DNA of 64,000 bases from Poseidonia sp. (GCA_965661285.1 CBFIDD010000003.1:121467-185466), one strand, 5' to 3'; shown: positions 39,391 through 49,540, counted from the stretch's first letter. A program made the numbers and translations. Notes: generated by a model not told the origin, from the letters alone.

Positions 39391-40020
39391 TCACTTCGCA
39401 TGGCCAGGCGGCATCGTGGGCTCTCCTGGACCCGAAGGATGCGGGTCAGGATGGGGATGGCTGGCCGGTTCGCTCGGGGCGACATCGCCACGGTGGATGG
39501 CTGCGGCTGCTTCGATGGAATCGATGATTTGTTGGTAGCCCGTGCAACGACAGAGATTGCCTTCAATGGCACAGGCAATTTCTTCTCGCGTCGGGTTGTC
39601 GTTTTCGTTGAGCAGGGCCTGAGATGCCACCAAGAATCCCGGGGTGCAGAATCCGCACTGAGAACCTCCGTGCGTGGCGAAACACGTCTGTATGGGTGCA
39701 AGATGAGCGCCGTCGGAAAGGCCCTCAACCGTGATGATGTCAGCGCCCTGAACTTGACCTGCGAGGGTGAGGCACGAGAGTTTTGGCACTCCGTCGATCA
39801 TCACGGTGCAGCATCCACAGGTGCCCAAGTCACATCCACGCTTGACGCCGAGGGTGCCGACCTTATCGCGGAGCACATCGAGGAGGACGGCATTGCTCGG
39901 TGCGAGGACTTCATGAGGCCGACCGTTGACGGTTGCTGACCACCGTTTGCCCTCCGGCGCAGGAATCATCGAAACGTGCTCTTCACCCACCATGGTCGCC
40001 CCTGTTTGGCCGTAGGCCAT
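39391..40020 (-). CDS. Xanthine dehydrogenase family [2Fe-2S] subunit (HcrC-like)
   Basis: GCDLGTCGCCTV...SC, QCGFCTPG and GNLCRCTGY motifs. Confidence 0.95.
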   Translation of the reverse strand: MAYGQTGATMVGEEHVSMIPAPEGKRWSATVNGRPHEVLAPSNAVLLDVLRDKVGTLGVKRGCDLGTCGCCTVMIDGVPKLSCLTLAGQVQGADIITVEGLSDGAHLAPIQTCFATHGGSQCGFCTPGFLVASQALLNENDNPTREEIACAIEGNLCRCTGYQQIIDSIEAAAAIHRGDVAPSEPASHPHPDPHPSGPGEPTMPPGHAK

Positions 40021-40052
40021 TGACTCTTTGATGATTGGGGGGCTGTGGCCTC

Positions 40053-41114
40053 TTATTCTTCCTCAGACGATGTACCGATGAGGTCGTTTTCTGCATATTC
40101 GATGGCGTTGCGAAGAACCAGCCCGTGATAGACGCGAATGTTGCGCTGTTTGACTGCATCATTGACCTCCGTCTCGATTTTTCTCAACACATCGGAGTCC
40201 TCCGCCTCCTCAATTTCTTGAAGCAGACGGTTGAACTCACGTCGCCGAGCAAAGAAAACGGCGAAGTAAACGGGCACCAAAAGCAACGGAATAACCAATT
40301 CTTCAAACACGATTTCGCTGACAAAGGAAAGCGAAAATTCTGAATAATCGGAATCGTACTCAAAACTGAACGAACCGGGTCCAAGGCCACCGGTGTAGAA
40401 GATGCCGGTATTGGCACCAAAATACATGGTAAACGGCGTTTCGTCCTCGTCAAAGATATCCGAACCCCGGTCGATTTCGATGTAGTCGGGCCAGCCGTCG
40501 TTGTCGTTGTCCGGGTCGAGGACATCCGGGATGGTGTCCTGGTCGGCGTCGGGTGGGGTGGAGTCCGGATTGTACGGGTCATAGAGAACGGTACCCGAGG
40601 AGGCCGAACGCTCCATTTCGTTGCGAATGCCATCACCGTCGGCATCGTCGTCGTATTCGTCGGGCAGGAAATCCCCGTCAATGTCGGAACATCCTATCAG
40701 CCGAATCTTGCTCTTTCCGTAGATGTTCGGGCAGTTATCACTGAGCGAATGAAGGCCTTGGTCAGCATAGCCATCGCCATCGGTATCGGACCAAATCATC
40801 CCGTCCTCGGGCCAAACATCAACCTCGTCCAGCGAACCGTCGCCGTCCATGTCCGGGTCGGCAACATCGCCAAGACCGTCACCGTCGAGATCGCGATGCT
40901 CAGAAGCGTTGTCGGGAAAAGCATCGGCCCCCATGCTTTCGTTCCATCCCTCATCAGGGTCCGACCATCCGTCGCCGTCCGAGTCGAGGCACCCCTGCCG
41001 ATCCTCGGTCGATGAGCCGGCAACGCACGGTGCACCTTGATCCTCCTGTGCTGAAACAGGCATCAGAAGGCAGATGGCGAGCAGCATGGTGAAGGCGAGG
41101 CATCGTTCACCCAT
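40053..41114 (-). CDS. Secreted thrombospondin type 3 (DxDxDG) repeat protein with TM
   Basis: Signal peptide; repeated DSDGDG/DLDGDG/DMDGDG/DTDGDG/DIDGD/DADGDG/DNDNDG; one TM near the C-terminus. Confidence 0.85.
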   Translation of the reverse strand: MGERCLAFTMLLAICLLMPVSAQEDQGAPCVAGSSTEDRQGCLDSDGDGWSDPDEGWNESMGADAFPDNASEHRDLDGDGLGDVADPDMDGDGSLDEVDVWPEDGMIWSDTDGDGYADQGLHSLSDNCPNIYGKSKIRLIGCSDIDGDFLPDEYDDDADGDGIRNEMERSASSGTVLYDPYNPDSTPPDADQDTIPDVLDPDNDNDGWPDYIEIDRGSDIFDEDETPFTMYFGANTGIFYTGGLGPGSFSFEYDSDYSEFSLSFVSEIVFEELVIPLLLVPVYFAVFFARRREFNRLLQEIEEAEDSDVLRKIETEVNDAVKQRNIRVYHGLVLRNAIEYAENDLIGTSSEEE

Positions 41115-41233
41115 GCCTACTCCACCCAGCGTGCACTAATGGCTTTTTTTCAACAAAAGGTCGGCGGGCAACCATGCTGTTGAGGTGACATTCCATCCAA
41201 GGTTTGAAAAAGAAACCCGCCGTATTTTACCAT

Positions 41234-41767
41234 ATGCAAAAGTTCACCGTGATGTTGACGCTCATGCTTCTTCTTTTCCCGCTTACGGGTTGCACGGCTG
41301 ACGAGGAGACCGAACGCCAAGCCTTCCCTTCCTTTTCTGCCGTAGCCGACGACAACCAAACCTACGACAATGCGCGAATGGCCGGAAGTGCCTTCATCGT
41401 TGTGTTTTCTGCGGAATGGTGCAACAGCCCCTGTCACACCACGATGCACGCAATTTGGGATGCAAAAGCCGGACTCCCCGTTCTGGTCATGTCCACCGAC
41501 CCCGCAGAAAACGCAGGGAGCATGACACTGAGCGATTGGCATGCTTCGGCCAACGCACACGACGACGAGGAGGGCGATACAGGCGTCGACCTCACAACGT
41601 ATGCGTTCATGAAGGGCAGTGAGGTGGCGGCCGAACTCGATATCACACGGCCCGGTTCGCTGGCGTTCGTTAACGGAGAGGGTGAAATCACCTATCTTCA
41701 CGAAGGTCGTTTGGACGACATTGCAGAGATCCTCGCAAAGTGGAACGAAGCCAATGGAACGGCTTGA
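41234..41767 (+). CDS. Thioredoxin-fold lipoprotein (TlpA/Sco-like, CxxxC)
   Basis: Lipobox LTGC after a hydrophobic stretch; VFSAEWCNSPC; RPGSLAFVNGEGEI. Confidence 0.72.
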   Translation: MQKFTVMLTLMLLLFPLTGCTADEETERQAFPSFSAVADDNQTYDNARMAGSAFIVVFSAEWCNSPCHTTMHAIWDAKAGLPVLVMSTDPAENAGSMTLSDWHASANAHDDEEGDTGVDLTTYAFMKGSEVAAELDITRPGSLAFVNGEGEITYLHEGRLDDIAEILAKWNEANGTA

Positions 41768-41772
41768 ACGAA

Positions 41773-43752
41773 TCACTCCACCAGTTTGGCGTCGTCAACG
41801 ACGGCTGCAATATCAGCGTCGTTCTTCGTCCAGTCGATGACTTCAACGTGAGCTGAACCCTCAGCCTTGTTGAGAACGATCATCGCCGTAATGAGCAAGA
41901 GCACCAGGAGCAGCACGATGCTCGGTGCCACCCATCCGGGGAGGTCGCCAAACAAGCCGTCGTCATCACCGTTTGCAAAGGTCTTCGCATTGGCCGTGTC
42001 CATCAGCATCACGTTCACGGAGACGAGGGAAGTGGCAGAATGCCCGCCGCTTTCGTTGGCGGCCAAACCTCGCAGAGAAAGCGTATGGTTCCCTTCCACC
42101 TCAATCCCGGGAAGGTGTTCGAGTTGGTGAACGATGGTGGTCAAGTCAAGCGTGGCTTTCTCGTCGCCTTCGTCAAACGTGTGAAGGTTCGCCCAGTCGT
42201 CCCTCAGATGGTTGCTGCGCCACTGTACGGTGTCAAGATAGCCGTTGAGGTCAATTTCAATCTCATCGCCTGGCATGAGGTGAATGCGGTCGTCAACGCC
42301 AACTTCGGTGGTCACCGTCAACGCAACGGAGGCATCGAGTTGGTAATCGCGCTGAGCGGCCTCCATCACGGCAGCAAGGGCCTCAACATGGCCGTGGCCG
42401 TACACGTTGTTTTGACGGTTTTTCGGAATCTGATCCTCCAAACAAGGTTCGTTGGCCAGCATGTAATGACATTCTCGGTAAGTGGCTGTTTCTTGGAGAA
42501 TGTTTCGAACGTCAAACGGTGAAAGGTCCGGATTGGCCTGCAACATCAAGGCCACCGTTCCGGCCACACCGGGTGTGGCCATGCTCGTGCCGCTGAAGGC
42601 CACGTACCCGTCGCCAGAATTGTGCTGTGCGGACATGACGTCCGAGCCAACAAAGGCCACATTCGGTTTGACCCGGCCTTCTTCCGTTGGCCCCTGACTG
42701 CTGTACACGGCGATGGCTGTGTTCTTGTCCAGGGCGCCCACCGTGATGACATCCTCTGCGGAACCCGGGGTGCCAATTTGAGCGGAGGCGAAACTGTTTC
42801 CGGCAGCGATGAGCATGGTGATACCGGCGCGAACCATCTCGTTGGCGTAGCGGTTCACGCTGTCCTCCTCAGCGGATGTCCATTCAATGGGACCCGGACC
42901 GCCCAAACTCATGGAGGCTGCGCGGATGTTGAATTCATAGCGGTGGTCGACCGTCCACTGCATGCCGGCCATGACGGTAGCAAAGCTTCCTGAACCGTCG
43001 GCGTCGAGGACTTTCACGCCCACCAAAAACGCCTGAGGCGCCATACCCGGGTGTTCAAAGGTCGGAGCACCCGTCCCCGCTACGGTTCCAGCGCAATGCG
43101 TGCCGTGCCCTTGGTCGTCATACGCTTGAATTTCGGTGCCGTTGGTTTTGTCTGGATTGTTGACGGCGTCGTAGAAGGCGATGACCTTCGGGTCCATCGT
43201 GCTGTTGTCGTCGTCCAAGTCATCAAGGCCGACGTGGAGACTGTCAATGCCGGTGTCGATGACGGCGACCGTTACACCCGAGCCATCATAGCCGGTTTGC
43301 TGCTGAGCGAGATCCACTTCGTGAATGACGGCAGCATCGCCGTTCTGCACCTCAAGCATACCGTCAAGTTCCAGCATGACAACACCCGGAAGGGTGGTCG
43401 TTTCGAGGATCATGTTGTGAGGAATACGACCGGCAACAGCATCGATAAGCGGGAGGTTCCACTGGTGGACGTAGCCCACTTCACGCTCAAGCATGGCGAT
43501 GTCCGACTCGGTGGGGGTGTGGTCGAAATCAACGATGAGCGGGAGGGTGCTGGCCTCGTCAAGGAAAAGAGGGTGGTCGTGGTATTTCTCAACCATGTCC
43601 GCAATGTTGTTGCGGTTCTTGTCCATGGAGGTGGTGTGCCACCACGCCTCTTCCGAGGGCGACGGCTCCCCTGCGTGGACCGGCATGGCCAAGGCCAAGA
43701 CCGGCGTGAGCATCAGGCAAAAACACAGCACACTGAGCAGGGGACGCATCAT
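41773..43752 (-). CDS. Secreted membrane-anchored subtilisin-like S8 serine protease
   Basis: Catalytic triad motifs VIDTG, HGTHCAG and GTSMATP; AAGN oxyanion Asn; signal peptide, propeptide and C-terminal TM. Confidence 0.95.
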   Translation of the reverse strand: MMRPLLSVLCFCLMLTPVLALAMPVHAGEPSPSEEAWWHTTSMDKNRNNIADMVEKYHDHPLFLDEASTLPLIVDFDHTPTESDIAMLEREVGYVHQWNLPLIDAVAGRIPHNMILETTTLPGVVMLELDGMLEVQNGDAAVIHEVDLAQQQTGYDGSGVTVAVIDTGIDSLHVGLDDLDDDNSTMDPKVIAFYDAVNNPDKTNGTEIQAYDDQGHGTHCAGTVAGTGAPTFEHPGMAPQAFLVGVKVLDADGSGSFATVMAGMQWTVDHRYEFNIRAASMSLGGPGPIEWTSAEEDSVNRYANEMVRAGITMLIAAGNSFASAQIGTPGSAEDVITVGALDKNTAIAVYSSQGPTEEGRVKPNVAFVGSDVMSAQHNSGDGYVAFSGTSMATPGVAGTVALMLQANPDLSPFDVRNILQETATYRECHYMLANEPCLEDQIPKNRQNNVYGHGHVEALAAVMEAAQRDYQLDASVALTVTTEVGVDDRIHLMPGDEIEIDLNGYLDTVQWRSNHLRDDWANLHTFDEGDEKATLDLTTIVHQLEHLPGIEVEGNHTLSLRGLAANESGGHSATSLVSVNVMLMDTANAKTFANGDDDGLFGDLPGWVAPSIVLLLVLLLITAMIVLNKAEGSAHVEVIDWTKNDADIAAVVDDAKLVE

Positions 43753-43910
43753 GGAATTCTCCTCGTATCTCGCCACTCCTCGGCAGGTTTTCAATTCATT
43801 GGAGGCTTGTGAGGCCCCGCAGAGACACCACGCTCCACGAGAGAGTCTATTCCTCGGGTGCCGCGGGTATAATATTAAGTGGAGAAGCAGGAGATTCCAC
43901 CGCGATTCCG

Positions 43911-46900
43911 ATGGCAGCCCCAAAGAGAAGAGCCGCACCTGTACGAGCCAAAGCACAACCCGCTGGAACCCCAGCCCTCTCCGGCGGACTGGTGGCTGGC
44001 ATGGAAACTCCGCAAGAAAGCATCACCTTGGTACGCCCGAACCAAAATCTCAACCGAGACGATTTGCTGTTGATGAAGCTCTCGCAAATCGTCATGATGG
44101 GCATTGGGTTTCTTTCCATTTGGGGAGGCGTTTTCAGTGTCGCCTTTGATGAGGACGCAACGAATCAAAATTTCCTCGTTCTGTTCGTAGGCGGCCTCGC
44201 CTCGTTTTTGGTCTCAATCTTTTTGATTGAAGTTCAATCAAAGAAAAATGACTACAGGCTGAAAGACATTCAGAATTATTTCCTCGGTATCGCATTTTTC
44301 TTTTCCACCGTCGGCGTGTTGTGGGGAACCCGTTTCATGATGGGGTATGCAACAGGCACGCTCGAGCTTGATTGGTTTGGCTCGCCAGACGCCTACACCG
44401 AAGTGGACTGGTCGCCAAACGCCAACGGCATTTACGCACAGACGGTCACGTGTTTGCTGCTCACGTTCGGTCATTTCTTGCTGCTTAAGCGCTACAGTGG
44501 CGATACCAGTTTCGGCTGGGGTGTGGCAACCTATGCTCCCATGGCCGTCCTCATCGCCGGGGTTGGCCCTTGGATTCGCTGGTCGGAGAACCTGGTAAGT
44601 TGGGAACTTGGCGTCGCTATTGTGCTGATCTCCTTCGTCTCCATGGAGATGGCCCTTCGCTCAAACCGCGCCCTCAATTTTGTCGTGGTGGCGGTTGCAG
44701 CCTGTATCGTCCCCATCATCTACGAAGTCCTGAACAGCGAAGCCCCTGATGACGGCATTGGCGGGGCCCTCTCCCTGATGGTCTTCATCATCGCCATGCA
44801 GGGCTACTATGCGTCTCGTCAAGACCTGCGCAAGGAAGTCATGGAGCGAGCCTCGGCGGTGCTCATCGGCACCGTCGTTGTCGCTATCGCCCTGGCCCGA
44901 ACCGAGCCCGATTTCAACCTCATTCTCGGGCCGTTCCGAGCGGGCGATTATCCAGAACTCGCCTCCTATCTCAACATCCCCGTAGCGCTGTGGATTACGG
45001 TCCTGTTGGCCTATTTCCCCGCTGTCCTCCAGCAGCGTGTCCCATGGATGCCCGTTGGACTTGCGGTGGCCCTGGCGGTGCTGCCTCCCGAAGCCTCCAC
45101 GGTCCCTTGGGTGCTGAGCATGGTGATGATTCCCTACATGGTGTTCATCTCAAAGGTCGCACGCCCGTGGGTGGTCAACATCACCATATTGGCCTTCAGC
45201 GGTGCTTACCTGCTGACGGATTGGGCGGGCATTGCTGCCGACTTGACCGCCAAGGAAACGTACGGTGGAACCTGGCTCCACGTCTTGCTCCCCGTCTTTA
45301 TGGTGGCTGTTTCGGAAGCAGGCCGACGAACGGAGAAACTCGAAACGAGCACGAGTCTGGCCTTGCTCGGTGCGGTTGTGCTCTCCAGAGCCGTGCTTGA
45401 CCCCGAATGGTTCCTGCCCTGGCTCTTGGTGGCCTACATGGCGTTCATGAGCTACAGCATGTTGCTCCAGTACCCTTCTCCGACCGTGAAACAACGAAAG
45501 GACATCACCCTTGCACTCATTGTGACATCCCTCACCGTGCTGCTGCTCGCTGCTCTTGATAATCTCAAATTACCGCCCAGTTCAGCCTTTGACAGCATCG
45601 TGGACATGGGGATGCGACCGCAGTTCTTTGTGGTCAGCATCGTCCTGTATCTTCTCGCAGCAAAGGCGGCAGGGAAAGAGTTCGATGTTGGTTCCATCTT
45701 TTCCTGGTTCGGCCAAGGCAACCAAGACGAACTTGTTTACAACACGGCATCGAATGCGTGGGAAGTTCAGGACATCAGTAAGTTGGACCGCGACGCACTC
45801 ATCGCATCGGCCGAACTCACCCCGCTTGCGCGATTCAGTTTGCTGTCGTCCTTGGTGATGTTTACCTTCTCCATCAGCGATGTGAACGCCACCACGTGGG
45901 CCGACCAGCCCGCTCTTGTGTTGCTCATGGTGATTCCAGTTGGTATGCTGATTCGAGAAGTCCTTGCCATGGACAGCATCAGTTCAGCCACCCGGGCCAC
46001 GGCCGTGACCCTGCTGGTGCTCATCGCTGCACCGCTGTCAATCTCTCTGGGAGAGAATGTTTGGGGGACATCCGCGGACATTCAAACCTCTAACATCTTG
46101 CTTGACGGCATTCTGGTGAGCGCACCCCTCATCGTCAACGCCGTCATTGCGAGGCGAGGACTGGACAAGGGTGAATTGGACAGAAACAGCGACGGAGTGG
46201 CCTACATTATGCTGCTTCTTCTTGGGATGCTCGATACGTCCGGGGGCTTGCTCCTGCTGCCCATCCTGCTGTTGGTCACCGCCCGACTCGTTCAGTTCAG
46301 GTTCTACCTCCTGCTTTCGTTCACGCCGCTTGCCCTCGTCTTCCTGGGCTCCGGATGGTACTCACACGGCCTGTTCAACGCCTTTTTGGACACCCTGCCA
46401 GCGAGTTTCCAAGATTACCTTCTCGACCGGCATGCTGGACCCTTCCCCGCCTTTATTGGATTGCTGGTCGGCACGCAGATGCTCTTCGGGCTGTCCCGCC
46501 TCTACACCTCTGATGAAGATGAGCTGGAATCGAGCTTGACGATGTTGTTGATGGCGCTTTGGCTGATCATTTCACTGTTCAGCAGCGTTCCTGATGGCTA
46601 TTGGCTGCCCACGTTGGCGTGTGTGGTTTTGTTGCCGTATTTCTGGTACACCAACAACAGCCAAACCTTCCCCTACATGCTCGGCGCCCTGTTTGTTTCG
46701 CTTTACATTGGATTCTCCCTCAGCGAAACCTTCCAACCCATCACCGAAGCCGACGCCATCGGCTGGAGCGGGATGCTCACGGGCCTCACCGGTAGTGGAA
46801 TGGGTCTCATGCATCAACGAGGCATCCTGTTTCGGTCCCCACCCGAGACCGATGACGACATCAAACTGGCCGACTCCACCGCCTCGCTCGCCCTCCAACT

Positions 46901-48053
46901 CGGAGCGCTCGGTTATGTTGGTGGCTACTCGGTGTTCTTTGGCATCGGCCCTGTCATTGGATTGGTCCTGCTCGGGCGGTCTGCGCTCAAGGACGGACGT
47001 CCGAACAGCATCATCGCTTTGCCAATTTTGTTGACCTTCAGCATCGTGAACATGTTGGTTCAAGCGGACATCGGAACCGATGACCAACGCCAGACCATCA
47101 CCGGGTTGACGCTTGCCGTGCAGGGCATCATGCTCACGTTGCTCTCAGCTAGGGACGACATGGTCTACGATTACAAGGCGTTGAAGTGGGACTCGGATGA
47201 GTCCTTCTTTGCGTTCATGGACCGCTTGGGCGTGAGCGGTGCATTTTATTCCATCATCGGGTTCTTCATCGCCTTTGACAGTGTTAATCTCGACTCTGTT
47301 GCCTACTTGCTGACCACGGTGTATCTGGTCGTCATCGGCATCCAAGGCTTTAGCGACGAGGCCGATGCCCGTTGGCGTCGTGGGATTGGTGGCTACGGTT
47401 CGATTCTCACGGCGTTCCTGTTCGCTAACTCCTTGGACAGCGTGTTGTACAGTGCCATCGGCATCGTCATGACCGGTATGGTTGCGCTTGGATTTGGATT
47501 CCTGTTCATGCAGAGAATGAACGAAGAAGATGGCATCTATGAAATGAGCGAGGCTCTGCCTCTGCCTCCATCGGATGATGAACCAGAAGACATCCCTGCC
47601 ATGGTTGACCTTGACGATGCCGTAGAGGAATCCGATGACGACGAGACGATTGATGGGGACGGACCTGTAGACGTCCAAGACGAGGAAGAAGACGCGTTTG
47701 ATTTCGAGGATTTGGAGGACATCGAAGACGAGGAAGAAGACGACTCCGACATTGAGCTGGTCGATGAACCTGAGGAGGATGAAGCGGTTGAAGAAGTCAA
47801 GGAGGTCATCCCCGAACCTGTTGAAAAGAAGGAAACAAAACCAGCCGCTCAAGCAAAACCAAAACCTCAGAAGACCCACAGTGGACTGTTGGACACCGGC
47901 GAAGGATTTGCTCTGCGGCTGCCAAAGGACGCGGTTCAAAACATTCTGAGTTCACTCGACCAAACACCCCACGAGGGGTATGTTCCGGTCGTGGCCTTTG
48001 GACCGAACGGTCAGATCATGCTGACGTTTGAATCCGAGAACACCAATGCATGA
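43911..48053 (+). CDS. Very large polytopic membrane protein with acidic C-terminal tail
   Basis: About 1380 aa, some 30 or more hydrophobic segments by eye, D/E-rich tail; AT-rich TATAATATTAA element about 35-40 nt upstream of the ATG at 43911. Confidence 0.8.
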   Translation: MAAPKRRAAPVRAKAQPAGTPALSGGLVAGMETPQESITLVRPNQNLNRDDLLLMKLSQIVMMGIGFLSIWGGVFSVAFDEDATNQNFLVLFVGGLASFLVSIFLIEVQSKKNDYRLKDIQNYFLGIAFFFSTVGVLWGTRFMMGYATGTLELDWFGSPDAYTEVDWSPNANGIYAQTVTCLLLTFGHFLLLKRYSGDTSFGWGVATYAPMAVLIAGVGPWIRWSENLVSWELGVAIVLISFVSMEMALRSNRALNFVVVAVAACIVPIIYEVLNSEAPDDGIGGALSLMVFIIAMQGYYASRQDLRKEVMERASAVLIGTVVVAIALARTEPDFNLILGPFRAGDYPELASYLNIPVALWITVLLAYFPAVLQQRVPWMPVGLAVALAVLPPEASTVPWVLSMVMIPYMVFISKVARPWVVNITILAFSGAYLLTDWAGIAADLTAKETYGGTWLHVLLPVFMVAVSEAGRRTEKLETSTSLALLGAVVLSRAVLDPEWFLPWLLVAYMAFMSYSMLLQYPSPTVKQRKDITLALIVTSLTVLLLAALDNLKLPPSSAFDSIVDMGMRPQFFVVSIVLYLLAAKAAGKEFDVGSIFSWFGQGNQDELVYNTASNAWEVQDISKLDRDALIASAELTPLARFSLLSSLVMFTFSISDVNATTWADQPALVLLMVIPVGMLIREVLAMDSISSATRATAVTLLVLIAAPLSISLGENVWGTSADIQTSNILLDGILVSAPLIVNAVIARRGLDKGELDRNSDGVAYIMLLLLGMLDTSGGLLLLPILLLVTARLVQFRFYLLLSFTPLALVFLGSGWYSHGLFNAFLDTLPASFQDYLLDRHAGPFPAFIGLLVGTQMLFGLSRLYTSDEDELESSLTMLLMALWLIISLFSSVPDGYWLPTLACVVLLPYFWYTNNSQTFPYMLGALFVSLYIGFSLSETFQPITEADAIGWSGMLTGLTGSGMGLMHQRGILFRSPPETDDDIKLADSTASLALQLGALGYVGGYSVFFGIGPVIGLVLLGRSALKDGRPNSIIALPILLTFSIVNMLVQADIGTDDQRQTITGLTLAVQGIMLTLLSARDDMVYDYKALKWDSDESFFAFMDRLGVSGAFYSIIGFFIAFDSVNLDSVAYLLTTVYLVVIGIQGFSDEADARWRRGIGGYGSILTAFLFANSLDSVLYSAIGIVMTGMVALGFGFLFMQRMNEEDGIYEMSEALPLPPSDDEPEDIPAMVDLDDAVEESDDDETIDGDGPVDVQDEEEDAFDFEDLEDIEDEEEDDSDIELVDEPEEDEAVEEVKEVIPEPVEKKETKPAAQAKPKPQKTHSGLLDTGEGFALRLPKDAVQNILSSLDQTPHEGYVPVVAFGPNGQIMLTFESENTNA

Positions 48054-48105
48054 ACGACGTGAGCATCGGCGAAGAATCAAGACCCTTCGCCCTTAACGGT
48101 CGTGC

Positions 48106-48654
48106 ATGGACAAGCGAGAGCAACGCATGGTTTGGATTGACCTTGAAATGACCGGCCTTGACCTCAGCAAAGAGTCCATCATCGAAATCGCCACCGTCGT
48201 GACCGACAGCGAGTTGAACGTGCTCGCCACCGGCCCAAACCTCGCCATCACCGTGGATGAATCCTTGATTGAAGGGATGGACGAATGGAACACGAGGCAT
48301 CATCATCGCAGCGGACTTGTGGACCGCATTCGCAACGAAGGTGTGAGCGTGCAAGAAGCCGAACAGGCCACCCTTGCGTTCCTCAATCAGTGGGTGGATG
48401 AAAACAAAGCGCCGCTGTGTGGCAACAGCGTTTGGAACGACCGCCAATTCCTCGCCAAGGAAATGCCCGAACTGTTGGCGTTCCTTCACTATCGCATGGT
48501 CGATGTTTCAACCATCAAAGAACTGAGCAGGCGCTGGTACACGGGTCTGCCACGATTTCCCAAAAAAGGCGCCCATCTGGCCCTTGACGACATTTTGGAA
48601 TCCATTGAGGAGTTGAAGTACTTCAGGGCGCACGTTTTCGTTGCTCAAGCTTGA
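48106..48654 (+). CDS. orn: Oligoribonuclease (DEDDh 3'-5' exonuclease)
   Basis: VWIDLEMTGL, MDEWNTRHH..SGL, LCGNSV..DRQFL, HYRMVDVSTIKEL and HLALDDILESIEELKYFR. Confidence 0.96.
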   Translation: MDKREQRMVWIDLEMTGLDLSKESIIEIATVVTDSELNVLATGPNLAITVDESLIEGMDEWNTRHHHRSGLVDRIRNEGVSVQEAEQATLAFLNQWVDENKAPLCGNSVWNDRQFLAKEMPELLAFLHYRMVDVSTIKELSRRWYTGLPRFPKKGAHLALDDILESIEELKYFRAHVFVAQA

Positions 48655-49517
48655 CGCCACGTCGCCTCAAGAGGGTCAACCCCTTTGTGAAGGGCCATGA
48701 TTTGAGCCACCACGGCGACGGCGATTTCCTCGGGTGATTGCGCACCGATGTTGAGACCGATGGGGCAGATCACCTGGTCCAGCAGGGGTTGAGGTAACCC
48801 TTCATCGCGACATGCTTTCTCAAACGCTTGCCATTTGGAACGGCTGCCGATCACACCGATTCTTGGCGCCCTCGTACCGTCGAGTGAAACCTCAGGTGTG
48901 TTCAGCCGGTGAAGCAGACCAAGCAGTCGTTCCTGATCTTCGGCCCAATCGTGCCCGAGGAGAATGACGTCGGAAAACCGCTGAAGTGACGTCGTGGTTT
49001 CTTCACTGAGCCAGTCGAGAATGGCAGCCGATGAGCGCTCGACGGCGTGGGGGTATTTATCAGAAGAAACATACGCTTCGCGGGTGTCGTGGACAGAATA
49101 ACGCCAGCCAAGGCTGTGAAAGGTCGCCGCCAGCGCCTCGCCGCAATGACCGCCCCCCATGATGTGAACGTGTGGCATGGGAATCATCACCTCGATGGCG
49201 ATCGACACCCGACCGCCGCAAAGAGAATCAAGCGGCGTTACCTCATAGCCCTTCGCACCTTTGTTCAAGCCGAAGTTCAGCACCTCCGCAAAGGGTTGGT
49301 TGGCCTCACTGAGGAGACGGCGACATCGCTCGAGCACCTTGTGCTCAAGCCCGGCCCCGCCCACCGTTCCGGTCCAGGATTCTTCATTGGACGACATCGC
49401 AAGACGAGCGCCCGTTTTTCCCGGAACACTCCCCGAGGTGTTCAACACCGTGGCCATGACAACCTTGCGTTGCGAAGCGAGTTCGCTCAGGACCCAATGG
49501 AGAACGTGAGCGGTCAT
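48645..49517 (-). CDS. xdhC: XdhC/CoxI family molybdenum cofactor insertion chaperone
   Basis: GSVPGKTGA, GTVGGAGLE, CGG, GGGH, IGVIGSRSK and PIGLNIGAQSPEEIAVA. Confidence 0.92.
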   Translation of the reverse strand: MTAHVLHWVLSELASQRKVVMATVLNTSGSVPGKTGARLAMSSNEESWTGTVGGAGLEHKVLERCRRLLSEANQPFAEVLNFGLNKGAKGYEVTPLDSLCGGRVSIAIEVMIPMPHVHIMGGGHCGEALAATFHSLGWRYSVHDTREAYVSSDKYPHAVERSSAAILDWLSEETTTSLQRFSDVILLGHDWAEDQERLLGLLHRLNTPEVSLDGTRAPRIGVIGSRSKWQAFEKACRDEGLPQPLLDQVICPIGLNIGAQSPEEIAVAVVAQIMALHKGVDPLEATWRQA

Positions 49518-49540
49518 GGAGGGTCCTCAACGGGTGGCCC

